Below are positions 10,774 to 23,870 of a stretch of 64,000 nucleotides of DNA, in pieces (position 1 is the first letter of the stretch; the number at the start of each line of letters is the position of its first letter). The stretch spans positions 21,080,001 to 21,144,000 of the forward strand of contig NC_043004.1 in assembly GCF_006345805.1 (NCBI RefSeq), written 5' to 3'. Source of the DNA: Octopus sinensis. Its lineage: Eukaryota. Both the position numbers and the translations under genes were made by a program. Under the pieces are notes generated by a model. That model was not told where the DNA came from and searched no databases. It was given only the letters and a program-made list of their open reading frames with translations.

Positions 10774-12720
10774 CTAGCTGAATGATCCGGAACTACCTGA
10801 GTTAATGCTGTTCTTATTCAGATTAGTAAACAATGAATATAAAGACATTCTCATTATTGTTTCAAAATATCTATATTTTATTAAGAAATATCCAAATTGT
10901 AATGACAATAGAATTTAGAATTGAACATCTATCAATGATGAAGTGCCTCAGGGTAAACAATATCCATTGTGAAATTTTTTGTTGGTGTTAAAATGAATAA
11001 ATTGTTGCAACTTCTAGCTCTTGAGCAAGCAACATGGAGTTGGCTGTGGGAGAAGCATGTGGTAGAGTGATCAAGTGCAAATACCTTGAGGGATTGACCC
11101 TGGGATTTGTTAATTGAAATTCCAAAACTTAGTTTGATCGGAAACTGAAGCATCTTAAATTCAAATGGAACATCTGTAGGTATGAGAGGAATTTTTGGAA
11201 TAAAGATATTTTCTCCTTTCTGACTACCTGTTATGATTGTTGCCTGTTTCATGGGGCTTCATGGAAGTAACAATTAAGTGAGTTCCATTATGCAGGTGAG
11301 ATGGGTCAAGATTCCTAAGAAACATAATGGGAGCACCCAGTTTTAGTGTCAAGTTATGTGGTGGCATTCCAGTAGGTTTAAGTGTGTTCAGGAATTCAAC
11401 AGGGTATTGAACAACCTGATCTTGATCAACTGTTGTCAATTTATTGAAAAGATATTTCTGATGTATCTGTTAACTTTTGAAGAAGTTCATGATTGAGTTT
11501 ATCAACCATTTCATTAGTTGGAGCTAGTATAGCTCTTTCACATAGCCAGTTTACACTAGTGTAATTGACAGATAAATTAGGAAGTACTTTATCCCTAAGA
11601 GAAAGTATCATTTGACCGCATGTAATTTCATATAGCTGAAGTCTTGAGTTGAATGTTAGTATACCATTACCAATCTTAAGCAACTCGTATGATCACCTTG
11701 TAGAAGTACTCTGATGTTGCTTGTAAGATGAAGTTTTTTCATGTCTCCAAAGATGCAATTTTTTGAGGCATACATTGACCTCCTCAGCTTTTGATCTTTT
11801 GAGAATAACTGGCAATGTTTGATGAAAATCTCCTACAAGAAGAACTGTTACTTCTCCTTTGAGCATGCCATTATTTTTTATGCCTTAAAGGGTATGGTCA
11901 AGCGCTTCCAGAGCTCCACTATGTGACAGTGCACTCATCTCAAACAATGAGGCAAGTTTGTTGTAGAACTGTTGCCATTGCAGAGTTTTGGGAAATGTTG
12001 CACATTTGAGATATTTCCATTGCAAGGTTTAGAGAGAGCTTGAACATGGAATGAACAGTTCTTCCCCCGTTGAGGAGGGTAACTGCAATACCAGAAGATG
12101 CAACACTGGAAGATTAGATTTTATTTCCTCCCATTTAGGATTGCAGGTGAAAGTAACAAAAAGATTTGGTTTTCCATATGTCCTGACATATGTCATAGAG
12201 TCTTGTGTTTGTTAGTGCATATATTGAGGACCACCTGTGAATGAGGATGAAAAGATTACAAGTTGCCCCATGTTTTGAATATCATCATCTGTCCTCAGAA
12301 CATCTTGGAGATGAGCATAATTTTTAGCCCTTAAGTTTTTTGATTGTTACGAATGTAGAGGAGACGCTGACTCACAACTTTAGCATAAATATCGACCAAG
12401 TATTGCTGAAACAGATCATGATACATGTGTAATTGATTTGAATGTTCTGGTCTTAACATCAGTTGGTAAGAATAGAAGTCACTTGACCACACCTTTTTGT
12501 TTGTAATTGGCTCTTCTATTGTAGGTTCAATCTGTGGAATATTGAAATGATACCCACTTGTCCATTCCACAGAATAAGAGGATACTGGAGAGCATCATAA
12601 GAGGGATGAATCTCTAAAATACATTAAAGGTTGTTATCTCGAGGATGAATGAGGATATTACAATTTTCATGGGGGATCACCTACTATAAGGATGGCTACT
12701 TTAAACAGTGTAAAATGTCC
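10774..12720 (-). mobile_element. Helitron relic (Rep and Pif1-type helicase fragments, internally deleted)
   Basis: Helicase motifs GGRTVHSMFK, RAILAPTN, GMPPHNLTLKLGAPIMFLRNL, QFPIKLSFGISINKSQGQSL and HSQLHVACSR; Rep motifs LFQQYLVDIYAKV and FVTFTCNPKW; CTAG-T 3' terminus at 10774-10777. Confidence 0.93.
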
Positions 12721-13734
12721 TTTACTATAGTTTACTATAGACGTAAGGAGTGCAGAAACACACACATATTCACAGACACATAGACGCTCATAGAATTGAT
12801 AATATTGAAAACAGCAAAATGTACAGACATGAAGTTCAAGCAAAATGAAATGTACTCAATATAGGTGCAAAACATACTTTCTGTCTCATAGTTATGCGAT
12901 AAAATTTTTTTTTAAGGAATATTTCCAAAAGAAATATTCCAGTGTCAGAAAGTCACCAATTTAGCAAAAATTACTATGTGTCTCCAATGTAACAAAGTAC
13001 AGAAAGTCAACATTTATTTGGAGCATGTACTAAATGTTATAAAATTCAGGACTGAATGTCACAGTGAAGAAAGTCAAGCTCCAAGAAAATTCAGAAGGCA
13101 TAATTCAATTTTTCATACAAAAATAATTTATTATTTTACAATTTTTAAACAAACACTGAATGAAGTGTGTACAAAAGAATATGTTGCTGTTGTGAACGTT
13201 TATTAATTTAAAACATTTGCTGAAGGATGTATGTAGTAAGACATTAATTAATTTGACATCACTTACTATATATTTTAACTGTGTAAGGTTATAGGCCGTA
13301 GAATAAATTCTGACTAATGCAGTAAAAGGGTAAAAGGACTGGAATAATATTTATAAGGACTGGAATAATATTTCTGTAATTTTATTGAAATAGCTGCTAA
13401 GGCCTTCTACATTGTCAAGTTTCCGAATTTGTTATAATAACCAGAATAACAATTATTTTCAGATATATTTGAGTGTTGTGAGAGCTGTCGAATTAACCAA
13501 ATCTTCATGTTGGTTTTAAAAACCAGAATAATATTTCAGCACATAAATAATGATAATCGTTAATGCTTTTTAAACTGCAACTCTTCATGATGAAAAGGAA
13601 AATCCAAACTGTGGCACTTCAAAGTGAATGTTGTTGTTCATTCAACATCCAAGCCACAACTAAACTAAACTCTTTCAAAATCACTGTGTTTCACTGCTGA
13701 GCAGTACAGTCAAATACTCTCACTCTCCACTATC

Positions 13735-14000
13735 CCTGTCTTTCAACTTCTATAGAAAATTGTTCTCTCTCTCTCTCTGTTTCTTTCTCTCTTCCCTGTC
13801 TTGTTTTTATTCTGTGTTTATCTCACTCACATATATTCTAGAGAGATTATAATGTTAAATTTTCTGAATGCAAATATGTAAATGAAAATAAAATTCAATT
13901 GGTAGCCGAAAAATTACTGAATCTTTTGATACCTTATACGCCGAAATTGGCAACTCAGTTTTCAAATCTATTAGGAACATATGCACATACACACACACGC

Positions 14001-14043
<43 letters not shown>

Positions 14044-14507
14044 CACACACAGATACAGACACACAAACGCAAACTCTCTTTGATATAGGTGCGACCCAAC
14101 CTCATTTCCGAGGTTATCAGCATCTCCTTCTCTCCTGCTTTTCCTCTTTCATTGTGCTGGCTTTCTTTCACCTTCACCTATAGAACATACATACAGTATG
14201 AAACATCAATCTCTCTCTCTCTCTCTCCCCTGCTAGCCCTCTGTCTTTCAACTTCCCCTATAGAAACTTGCTTTGTCTCTCTGCTTCTTTCTCTCTTCTA
14301 TCTGTCCTTTTCTCATTCTGTGTTTCTCTCACTCATAATATTCTGGAAAGATTGTAATGTAAAATGTTTGTAATGCAAATATGTAAATAAAAATAAAGTT
14401 TAATTGATAGCCGAAAGATTACCGAATCTTTTGATACCTCATACATTAAAACTGGCAACTTAGTTTTCAAATCCATAAGGAACACACACACACTCTTTTA
14501 TATATAA
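13735..14507 (-). repeat. ~250-bp direct duplication of a Helitron-like 5' terminal segment
   Basis: 13736-13985 and 14241-14490 are diverged direct repeats; the minus strand begins tatatataaaagagtgtgtgtgtgttcc, resembling Helitron 5' ends. Confidence 0.6.
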
Positions 14508-14634
14508 ATAAGTAGTTTTTTTCTAGCCTATCGTTCTTTTACCAAATAAGCTGGTATATTATGTGTGCTTGTGCGTATTTATATATGTATATATATGCAC
14601 ACACACACATATCACATATATATATATGCATATG

Positions 14635-14681
<47 letters not shown>

Positions 14682-14686
14682 ATATA

Positions 14687-14724
<38 letters not shown>

Positions 14725-15149
14725 GTATGTATGTATTCCTTGCTTTATGGAAGTAATGTTTTCCTGAAAATCTGGTAGTAACATGAAATTTCGGAATGTA
14801 AAATTAATTTTTCTATCGATTTTTATTTATCAAGTGAGATTGTGTTGCTAGGGACTCTTTTTTTTTGAAAAAAAATGAGAAAAATAAATAGAACCACAAC
14901 AAAACAACAGAGGACAAGCAATAAGATCACCTTTATAGGTGAAAATAACTATTTCAAACCATAACTGGTACAATATAAATACATAATAACAAAAAAACTT
15001 TTCAAGAAGAATAAGTTAGCAAATTAAAAAGAATCATAATATTGTTAGAGTGTGCTCTTATCACAAAAGATGTAAACAACTGTGTGTGTGTGGTGGTGGA
15101 ATGAACATTGCTGGGAGGATAAAGGTCAATATTTTCTATCTCATAGTTC

Positions 15150-16130
15150 ATTATCATGAACATCAGTTTCAAAGCTGAAGGTTCCAATTTGTCCCATGTC
15201 TCAGCTCTATAATCTACAGCATTTATTATGTTGAATTTCTTCAAGAAATTTCTAACTGCAGGTTTTATTCTTCCTGTCAGTTATTTTCAAAAGTTGTTGA
15301 AAGTTCTTCTCATATAATATGCCTTGAAGTTAGTTATCACACCTTGATCGATTGACTTAGAGAAAAGATATTATACTTTTGAGGATATATTCTGCTCTTA
15401 CGTTATCAGAAAGGTCATTTAAGTTTACTGGGTGGCTTGGTGCATTGCCTAAAACAAGTACTGTTTGTTGAAATATTATATCTGGTACTGTATCTTTCTA
15501 TCACAGAACATAAAACGTTTGTAAACCACTTTTTGAAAAGCACTTAATCATCCATGCCTTCTTATTTGAATGTCAAAGCAGAGATAGATTACACTTTGTG
15601 TAACCCTTGAAAGCCCTTAGATTTTTGGAGTGATACATTTCATTTCGCCAACAGCAGTTCCTTCAAAAAGAAGAGTTAGGGATTGTTTGGAAACTTTAAA
15701 TCCTGATGTTGATATTTTTTTCCTTGAGAAATAAAAGTTCTAGCAGGTACACACTTCCAGAAAGGTGCAGTCTCATCAACATTTCATACTTGCTCTAGTG
15801 TGTAACCCCCTTTAGCAATCATCTTTAACTGCTCAGGATAATTAGTGGCAGCTACTGCATAAGTGCTTCAAGTTCCACCAGTCATTTTTATATAGAGCAA
15901 ATTCATGTGCCTCTTAAATCTTTCAGACAAGCCTTTGCTACCCAAAAATGGATTTTCATTAGAAATTATATCTTTCTTCTTTTTCTACGAACTGTCACAT
16001 TATCTTTGGTTCTTTTTTCAATTATCATCATATTTATCTACCCATTATGTCAATTCTGATCCTTGATCCATACAGTTGTTCCATTTTAAACTCCACTGAT
16101 TTCTTTTAACATTTGGGGAGCAATCTTTCG
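15150..16130 (-). mobile_element. Tigger/pogo-type transposase relic
   Basis: FLGSKGLSERFKRH, VDETAPFWK, SNKKAWM, VLGNAPSHP and DQGVITNFKAY are the CENP-B/DDE_1 motifs in order, with frameshifts. Confidence 0.85.
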
Positions 16131-16133
16131 CCT

Positions 16134-16930
16134 TTACAACATCTCACACATCAAACTGAACTTACTTTCATCCCTGAGGAGTACATACAGCCAGTGGTCA
16201 TCTATCCAAAGTACTAACCTAGCTTTTTGATCCTTCATACCAATGAGATGTTTAATGGTGGGGGAACGTGCATGAAGTCCATCTTCCTTCAAAACATTGA
16301 GCCACAATCTTCTGGGACACACTCATCCTGTAATCCTGATTTACTTGGTAAGAAATTCCTATTGCAGTATCGAAATGGTCTCTTAATGACAGCCTCTGAA
16401 TCACACACTCTTGCTGAACACTTGTTTTTCCATGGTCTCCCTCATTTTTCTAATGATACAAACGAGCTTGTTTCTTCACAAAGTTTGAGTATTCTTGAAA
16501 CAACACTCTTTGAGTTGTTAATGTCTCTGATGAAGATGAAATTGCCATTCCTTCCTTCTTCTATGTGACCACTCACTTCCCGAGGCTTTCATCAACTTGT
16601 CAGCTTTCCATGGTTGTTAATTCATTACAGTTCAACATATATCTTTGCACTGTTAGGACAACTTAGTTTACATTGGTTGGAGTGTTGCCAGATTTTTAGT
16701 TTTTGAATTTTACACCATATATTCTCTAATTTTGTCGATCCTGTATTCCTCAAATAAACATTTTCTTTATTATAAATTGTGTAGTTATTAATCACTTCCT
16801 ACAAAATTTATAGTAAAAACTGAACAAAAATCTCATTCAGAAAAATGAGGTAGAAATGTAAATATCTTATTTTTATTTTCAAATGTATGAAAATTGTTTT
16901 TTTTACATTCTATAATTTTGGCCACAGCCA
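16134..16930 (-). mobile_element. Tc1-like transposon relic (5' part), abutting the Tigger relic
   Basis: KARLVLWIDDHWLYVLLRDESKFSL resembles the Tc1 WxxVLFSDESKF motif; TIR-like ctgtggccaaaattatagaatg near 16905-16928. Confidence 0.7.
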
Positions 16931-16933
16931 TAC

Positions 16934-16998
<65 letters not shown>

Positions 16999-18109
16999 GT
17001 GAGAGAAAAAGAGTAAGCACATAAATGTGAAACAGGGTGGAAAAAATAGTACACGAATACTATTGTTAGAGGTTTTTACAGAAAACCATGAAATGAATTA
17101 CTTCTTTTGGAAAAATATTCTTTTCCAATAAAATTGGAATAATATAATTATCATATCTGTGATAGAGCTGTGCTTTGATTTTGTCGTGTAGTGTATCAGT
17201 CATTTGTCTTGTGAATAATAGAAATGCTGTGTCTACAGACATAAATTGATTGCTTTCCTTCCATAATTTATTAGTCAATCACCTTACAAATAATATAGCA
17301 TAGATATCGTGTAAATAATAGTTGATGTCTTTGATTTCTTTCTATATTTATAGTGTTACATAGATAGATAGATTCAGAATGATATGATAAGTAGTACTAA
17401 TGTTATAGCCACACTTAGAAAGTTGATATTTATAGAAATAATGCAGTAATTACTTGTTCTCAATGCAATTACTTGTAAAAGTACTTGTACTTGTAAAAGG
17501 AATTACTTGTATTAAGGTTCATCACGGTTGAACCTTAGTACAAGTACAACCTTAGTACATGATTTAAAAATATAGTAAAGTCCAATAAAAAAAAAACAAA
17601 TTCTTATGTTCTACAACAATATATCATCATTGTAATCATCACTCTCATCATCCATGATTATCATCATTCACATCATATATCAACTTTCCTGGCTGTCATA
17701 CATGATTTAACAGGATTCAATAATTCTGAAGACTATATCTTGCATCAGTTTTAATTTTGGCTTAGTTTTCAGTTTTGGCTTAGTATATTCTGGCAAGATG
17801 TTTTTCCTGACATCAAGTATTTACTGAGTGTACTGAGTACAGTTTTGTATGACAATGCCTCTATAAAAATTGTTTTGCACTTGACATGACTACAGAGGCC
17901 TCTCAGAAATGCTTGACTCACCAAACACTTTATAGAGTGTATGGGGTACTTTTTCATGCCACCAGAATTAGTGGGTCATCTTGTAATACACATGGTAAAA
18001 GTGTTTCTGATATTGAAAGAGAAAATAAGAAAGAGGGAGTGATGTCTTTAGATGAGGTGTTGAGTAAAGTTACAGTATAATGGAGTAAAATTACAGTATA
18101 CATTCATAA

Positions 18110-18720
18110 TTCACCACCAGAACAGTTGTCCCCATTATATTTGGCAATCACTTTATTTCTCTGGCTATATCCTGATATTTCTTAATTTTCTCATTGTCTT
18201 TGATATCCAGTCTACTATCATATTGTATTATACTGTTTATTTTCTTTTGTACTCTTTGATCATATCTGGTCTCCTTGTTTTTTGTGAAGAAATCCTTTAA
18301 AATACATTATCATTCTCCACCATAGCCTCTGGCTCATATTCACTACCCACTTCCTGCTACTTTGAATCCATAAACTTAGCTAACATCCCAATGCATTCTT
18401 TTACCAAAACTGGCATTTCTGCACTTAAACTTCTTTTGAGCTAGCATACTGCATTCACTTGATAGGAGGTTAATACTTATGTGTCCGTTTCCACAGATAC
18501 TGGTATTTGCTCTCTGATCAATTCTTGTCAATCTTTGTCTTTACCAGTCTCATACTAATGGCTTGTTCTTGAGGGGCTATAATCATCTCAGGTTTTCAGC
18601 ATCCTTTGTCTGTTGAATGAGTTGGCCATGTGATTCTTCCTCTTTCCAATTTTTTGTTCTGTTATTTTTCTTTCTGTTCCTGAAATCTCTCACTGTTCCA
18701 GTGACTTTTTGAACATCTGA
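18110..18720 (-). mobile_element. R4/Dong-like non-LTR retrotransposon relic (CCHC and restriction-like endonuclease region)
   Basis: WKEEESHGQL, IIAPQEQAI, KTKIDK, SECSMLAQKKFKCR..RMHW, EPEAMVENDNV, RPDMI and KKYQDIARE. Confidence 0.75.
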
Positions 18721-18790
18721 TAAAATACTTTGCAATATTTGTTTTGTTTTTGTTTGTTTGTATCTTTTTTGCTTATTTATTTATTTATTT

Positions 18791-18821
<31 letters not shown>

Positions 18822-18983
18822 TGCTTTTTCCATTCTACATTCAAATCCTTCATTCTTCTGGGATTGATAAAAATAAAGTACCAGTAAACTAATTGGAATG
18901 ATTCAATTATTTAAAAGGTAACCTATCCTACCAAAATTGCTGGCCTTTAAAAACAAGGTTAGAAAACATTAATTTTTTAACTA

Positions 18984-19186
18984 CAGGAGTGGCTGTAGGC
19001 GCAGGAGTGGCTGTAGGCGCAGGAGTGGCTGTGTGGTAAGTAGCTTGCTAACCAACCGCATGGTTCCGGGTTCAGTCTCACTGCGTGGCACCTTGGGCAA
19101 GTGTCTTCTGCTATAGCCCTGGGCCGACCAATGCCTTGTGAGTGGATTTGGTAGACGGAAACTGAAAGAAGCCTGTCGTATATATG

Positions 19187-19223
<37 letters not shown>

Positions 19224-19443
19224 TTGTGTGTCTGTGTTTGTTCCCCTAGCATTGCTTGACAACCGATGCTGGTGTGTTTATGTCCTCATTACTTAGCAGT
19301 TCGGCAAAAGAGACTGATAAAATAAGTACTGGGCTTACAAAAGAATAAGTCCCGGGGTCGATTTGCTCGACTTAAGGCGGTGCTCCAGCATGGCCGCAGT
19401 CAAATGACTGAAACAAGTAAAAGAGTAAAAGAGTAAAGAGAGT
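18984..19443 (+). mobile_element. SINE family A, full length, with triplicated 5' end
   Basis: tRNA-like A box (gtggctgtgtggtaag) and B box (ggttcagtc); internal (TA)n(TG)n; (aagagt)n tail. Confidence 0.92.
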
Positions 19444-20077
19444 CTAAACCAACAAATCCTATAATGTTCATTCAACTTTCTCTAAATCTATTTGTTTTGT
19501 GTTTGTCACAATCTCAATCTTTATATTTGATCCAGCATTTGGTACTATAATGCAAATTTTCTGTTGTATTAATTATAGTTGCTAATGAAGTTAAACTACA
19601 TGTCCGATGACATAAATTATTTCATGTCACACAACTTTTCAGCTGAATAATTATCATTCATTTGTACTAATCGGTATGTGCTTCTAACTTAATGCTGCAA
19701 GATACAGTGTGCAGTGACACATGTAAATTAATAATGTTTTAACATTAAGTAAATAATTATTCTTGTTAACAAGCATTTTAAGTGCAAAATGCTCAAACTT
19801 TCTCCTTTTCATTAATTAATCTAATATGCATCGGCATTAATATAATTAAAAAATAGAATTATAAAAAAGCATGTATCAAAATAAGTGTACAGATGATGGC
19901 TAAAATTTTAATACAGATTCAGAAAAGGAATAAACAGCTTAATTAAATGTATTGCCCTCTAGATTTAATTAAATTTCTATATGAATCCAAGATAGACTTT
20001 TAAATAACAATAGTTAAAAAGAAACATTTAGTTAATTATAGTAATCTCTTAATTGATAAAAAAAAAAAAAATTTAGG

Positions 20078-20508
20078 AGGCGCAGGAGTGGCTGTGTGGT
20101 AAGTAGTTTGCTAACCAACCACATGGTTCCGGGTTCAGTCCCACTGCGTGGCATCTTGGGCAAGTGTCTTCTGCTGTAGCCCCGGGCCGACCAATGCCTT
20201 GTGAGTGGATTTGGTAGACGGAAACTGAAAGAAGCCTGTCGTATATATGTATATATATGTATATGTATATGTGTATGTGTGTGTGTTTGTGTGTCTGTGT
20301 TTGTCCCCCTAGCATTGCTTGACAACCGATGCTTGTGTGTTTACGTCCCCGTCACTTAGCGGTTCGGCAAAAGAGACCGATAGAATAAGTACTGGGCTTT
20401 CAAAGAATAAGTCCCGGGGTCGATTTGCTCGACTAAAGGCGGTGCTCCAGCATGGCCACATTCAAATGACTGAAACAAGTAAAAGAGTAAAGAGTAAGAG
20501 TAAAGAGT
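20078..20508 (+). mobile_element. SINE family A, full length
   Basis: Nearly identical to 19016-19443 and 52122-52535. Confidence 0.92.
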
Positions 20509-20539
20509 TATATCAAACAAAGTTAAAATTTCTTTAATA

Positions 20540-20755
20540 TTGGTTTCAAAGTTTGATACAAGGCCAGTAATATTGGGAAGGGAGCAAGTTAATTACACTG
20601 ACCCAAGTGCTCAGCTGGTCCTTATTTTATCGAACCTGAAAGCTTGAAAGGTAAAGTCAACCTCAGCAGCATTTGAACTTCAAATGTAAAACTAAATTAA
20701 ATGTTGCAAAGCATTTTACTAGGAATGCTAACAATTCTGCCAGCTTGCTGCCTTA
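20540..20755 (-). mobile_element. SINE family B
   Basis: Reverse complement reads aaggcagcaagctggcagaattgttagc..gttcaaat..gttgactttacctttca..gataaaataag. Confidence 0.75.
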
Positions 20756-20974
20756 AGTTTCTTTAATATTAATATTAGTTTATATGAGTAGCAGTGAGTA
20801 AATGAATTGAATTAGGGGCTAGCCAAGTGATCCTTCATCTTTCTAATTTCCTTGTCCACTGGAGATTAAATAAAAAATTTACTGGTACATATTATATGGA
20901 AAGTTTAAAAAAGACTGTTTTAAAACAAAGGAAAAGATAGAGAGAAATTATTGTTTCTTCTTTTATTTTATTTT

Positions 20975-21180
20975 TTTTACTTGTTTTAATCATCAGACTG
21001 GGGTCATACTGGGGCATTGGCTTGAAGGGTTTTAATCAAACAAATCAAATCCAGTAATTACTATTCTATTTAAGTCAAGTACTTATTTTCTCAATCACTT
21101 TTGCTGAATTGATAAGCAGTGGGGTGTAAACAAACCAACTCCATGTGTCTAGAAGTGGGAATGAGACACAAACACACACA
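20975..21180 (-). mobile_element. SINE family A, 3' half, diverged
   Basis: Reverse-complement similarity to the family A 3' domain. Confidence 0.6.
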
Positions 21181-21235
21181 TGTTGATAGATAGATAGATA
21201 GATAGATGCGTATATACATGCATATGTACACACAC

Positions 21236-21310
<75 letters not shown>

Positions 21311-21315
<5 letters not shown>

Positions 21316-21600
21316 GGTGGTGATGATGATGATGATAATGATATGGAAGGTACAGTGAATAAATTGTCATCTAAATTACACAAAAATTAAAAATAACGCT
21401 GACATCTCATTTTAACATATATTTACCAAAATTGCATAAATTAATCTTGAAATACTAAAGAGTAAATTTATTCAATAAAATCGCCATTGGCATCAATCAC
21501 GGCCCCCAGACAAGTTCAGAATCTCCTGCAAATCTTCTGGATGATCTCCTTGTTTAAGTTGGGGAATGCTGCTATAATGCTTCCCTTCAGTACATCACAT
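21311..21600 (-). mobile_element. Tc1/mariner-superfamily 3' end relic
   Basis: IIAAFPNLNKEIIQKICRRF*TCLGAVIDANGDFIE* resembles a transposase C-terminus; tacagggtg terminus at 21311. Confidence 0.65.
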
Positions 21601-22014
21601 GAATGAGGTGAATATATGTTCCTTCTATTCCTTCACCCTTCACACATCTCTGTACCATTAAAATCAGTACCTACACTACCTACATCAAGGGCTGGGGAAC
21701 TTTTTAACCAGTTACTCCAAAATATATTTATTTACACTGACATTTCCCCCCCGATTTGAAAGGAGGAAAATAGAATTGATGGTAGTCCAAACGACATGCT
21801 GTATTGCTTGAATTCAAAAGGTTTAGTGAATTTATTTTATTGAATCTATTTACTCGTCCATCACATTGGACAGATACAGTGTTGACAGAAGAAAAATTTC
21901 TGTTTTAACAAGGAACACATCATTTCCCCAAGAATTTCATTTTTAACCCACTTGAGTTAATTTATCCTGATTCACCACTCCAACCAACATACACTATTAT
22001 CTTCATTATGAAGG

Positions 22015-22723
22015 AGTGAGAGAATATATGTTCATTCCATTTGTTTACAGCTGTTTCATAACTTTATTAGTTGTATAATAGATATTACATCACATTTGCA
22101 TGTATATAAAATGTATATATATATATACATGTGTGCGCGCGCGTGTGTATGTATACACCCATACATACAAGTGTGCTGTGAAGGAAACTTTAAACTAATC
22201 TTCAGAATGATTCACGGTAGTCCAAAATATCAATGCCACTACAGAGAGCAAGCTGACTAATTTATATTGATCTATGACTATTACTTCCTTAAAGCAAATC
22301 ATAAATTTTAACTTGCTAAGTACACATGCATTGGTTCAGCTTGCTCTCTGTTGTAGGGTTGATGTTTTGGACTACCATGAATTGTTCTGAATGTTAGTCT
22401 GTAAGTTCATTTCTCAGAACACTTGTATATATGAGTGTGCACATGCATCATCATCATCATCATCATCGTTTAACATCCGCTTTCCATGCTAGCATGGGTT
22501 GGAAGATTTGACTGAGGACTGGTGAACCAGATGGCTGCACCAGGCTCCAATCTTGATCTGGCAGAGTTTCTACAGCTGGATGCCCTTCCTAATGCCATAA
22601 CGCCATGTATATATATATTTATATATTTTATATATGCGGGAATGTTGATGTAATATCCATTATGTAACTAACAAGATTATGAAACAGCTGAAAATAAATG
22701 GAATAAACATCTATTCTCTCACT
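22015..22723. repeat. Diverged inverted repeat (~240-bp arms, ~70-bp spacer); right arm interrupted by a SINE
   Basis: 22015-22260 matches the reverse complement of 22330-22445 plus 22600-22723. Confidence 0.85.
22445..22596 (-). mobile_element. RTE-tailed SINE/LINE 3' end (family C)
   Basis: Reverse complement of 59050-59210. Confidence 0.85.
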
Positions 22724-22896
22724 TTATTTCCCATTTTATTACCTCTTTTGTGTATTTTCCCCTTTTTGCATCTGATATTTATCATTGATCTTCTATAATA
22801 ATGAAGCTGTATCACTTAATTTATTGCTTTTGTCTACACACACTGAAAAGAAATCTAGCGGAACAGACATTATTTTAATGAAATACATCTTGTAAT

Positions 22897-22980
22897 CCCC
22901 TGAAGAGACCATCAACACCAACAGATACTCATAGACCAGTTGCCCAGTATCCTATCTCTGAGGGATCGAAGCTAGATGGG
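22897..22980 (+). ncRNA. Degenerate type I hammerhead-like motif with extended stem II
   Basis: ccc CTGAAGA gacc..(gatact/agtatc hairpin)..ggatc GAAG ctag at ggg. Confidence 0.45.
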
Positions 22981-23455
22981 TTGAATCAATTGTAGTGATC
23001 AATAAATATTCCTGTATCTTTCATCTTTCTTTCATCTCTCTCATTAATTGAAAATATATATAAAAAATATGCCATCATTTCAAGTGTAAAATTTTTTAAT
23101 ACAAAAATTTTTCCCCAGAAGGAGGAGGTTATAATCAATAATGGACCCTAATATCTGTCGTATATCAGGACCACCAAGCCCCCTGAAATGGACTTAGTGC
23201 TTTTAAAACTCTCCCTATCTTATTTGTGATACCGCTTTTTTTTTCTACACATTTACATTTTAATTTTTGATTGAATGTCTCTTTATGTGTAAATAGACAT
23301 ACCTAGCTTGCTTGTAGTTGCTTTACTTATCTAACACCTCATGTTCTCATCTCTTGAGCACTTCGAAGTGTTTCTATATATATAGAAAATCTGTCTCTAA
23401 AATATAAACTATATATATATATCTATAAACTATATATATATATACGTACATACAT

Positions 23456-23615
23456 GCAGGAGTGGCTGTGTGTTAAGTATCTTGCTTACCAACCACATGG
23501 TTCTGGGTTCAGTCCCACTGCATGGCACTTTGGGTAAGTGTCTTCTACTATAGCCTCAGGCTGACCAAAGCTTTGTGAGTGGATTTGGTAGTCAGAAACT
23601 GCAAGAAGCCTGTCG

Positions 23616-23666
<51 letters not shown>

Positions 23667-23870
23667 ATGTTTGTGTGTCTGTGTTTGTCTCCCCAACATC
23701 GCTTGACAACCAATGATGGTGTGTTTACGTCCCCTGTAACTTAGCAGTTCGGCAAGAGAGACCAACAGAATAAGTACTAGTCTTACAAAGAATAAGTCCT
23801 GGGGTCGATTTGCTGAACTAAAGGTGGTGCTCCAGCATGGCCACAGTCAAATGACTGAAACAAATATAAG
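23456..23870 (+). mobile_element. SINE family A
   Basis: Full-length match to the other copies. Confidence 0.9.

Noticed and set aside
19016-19090. tRNA-like sequences at SINE heads as tRNA genes
   Set aside because: They have A/B boxes but no full cloverleaf and continue into SINE bodies.
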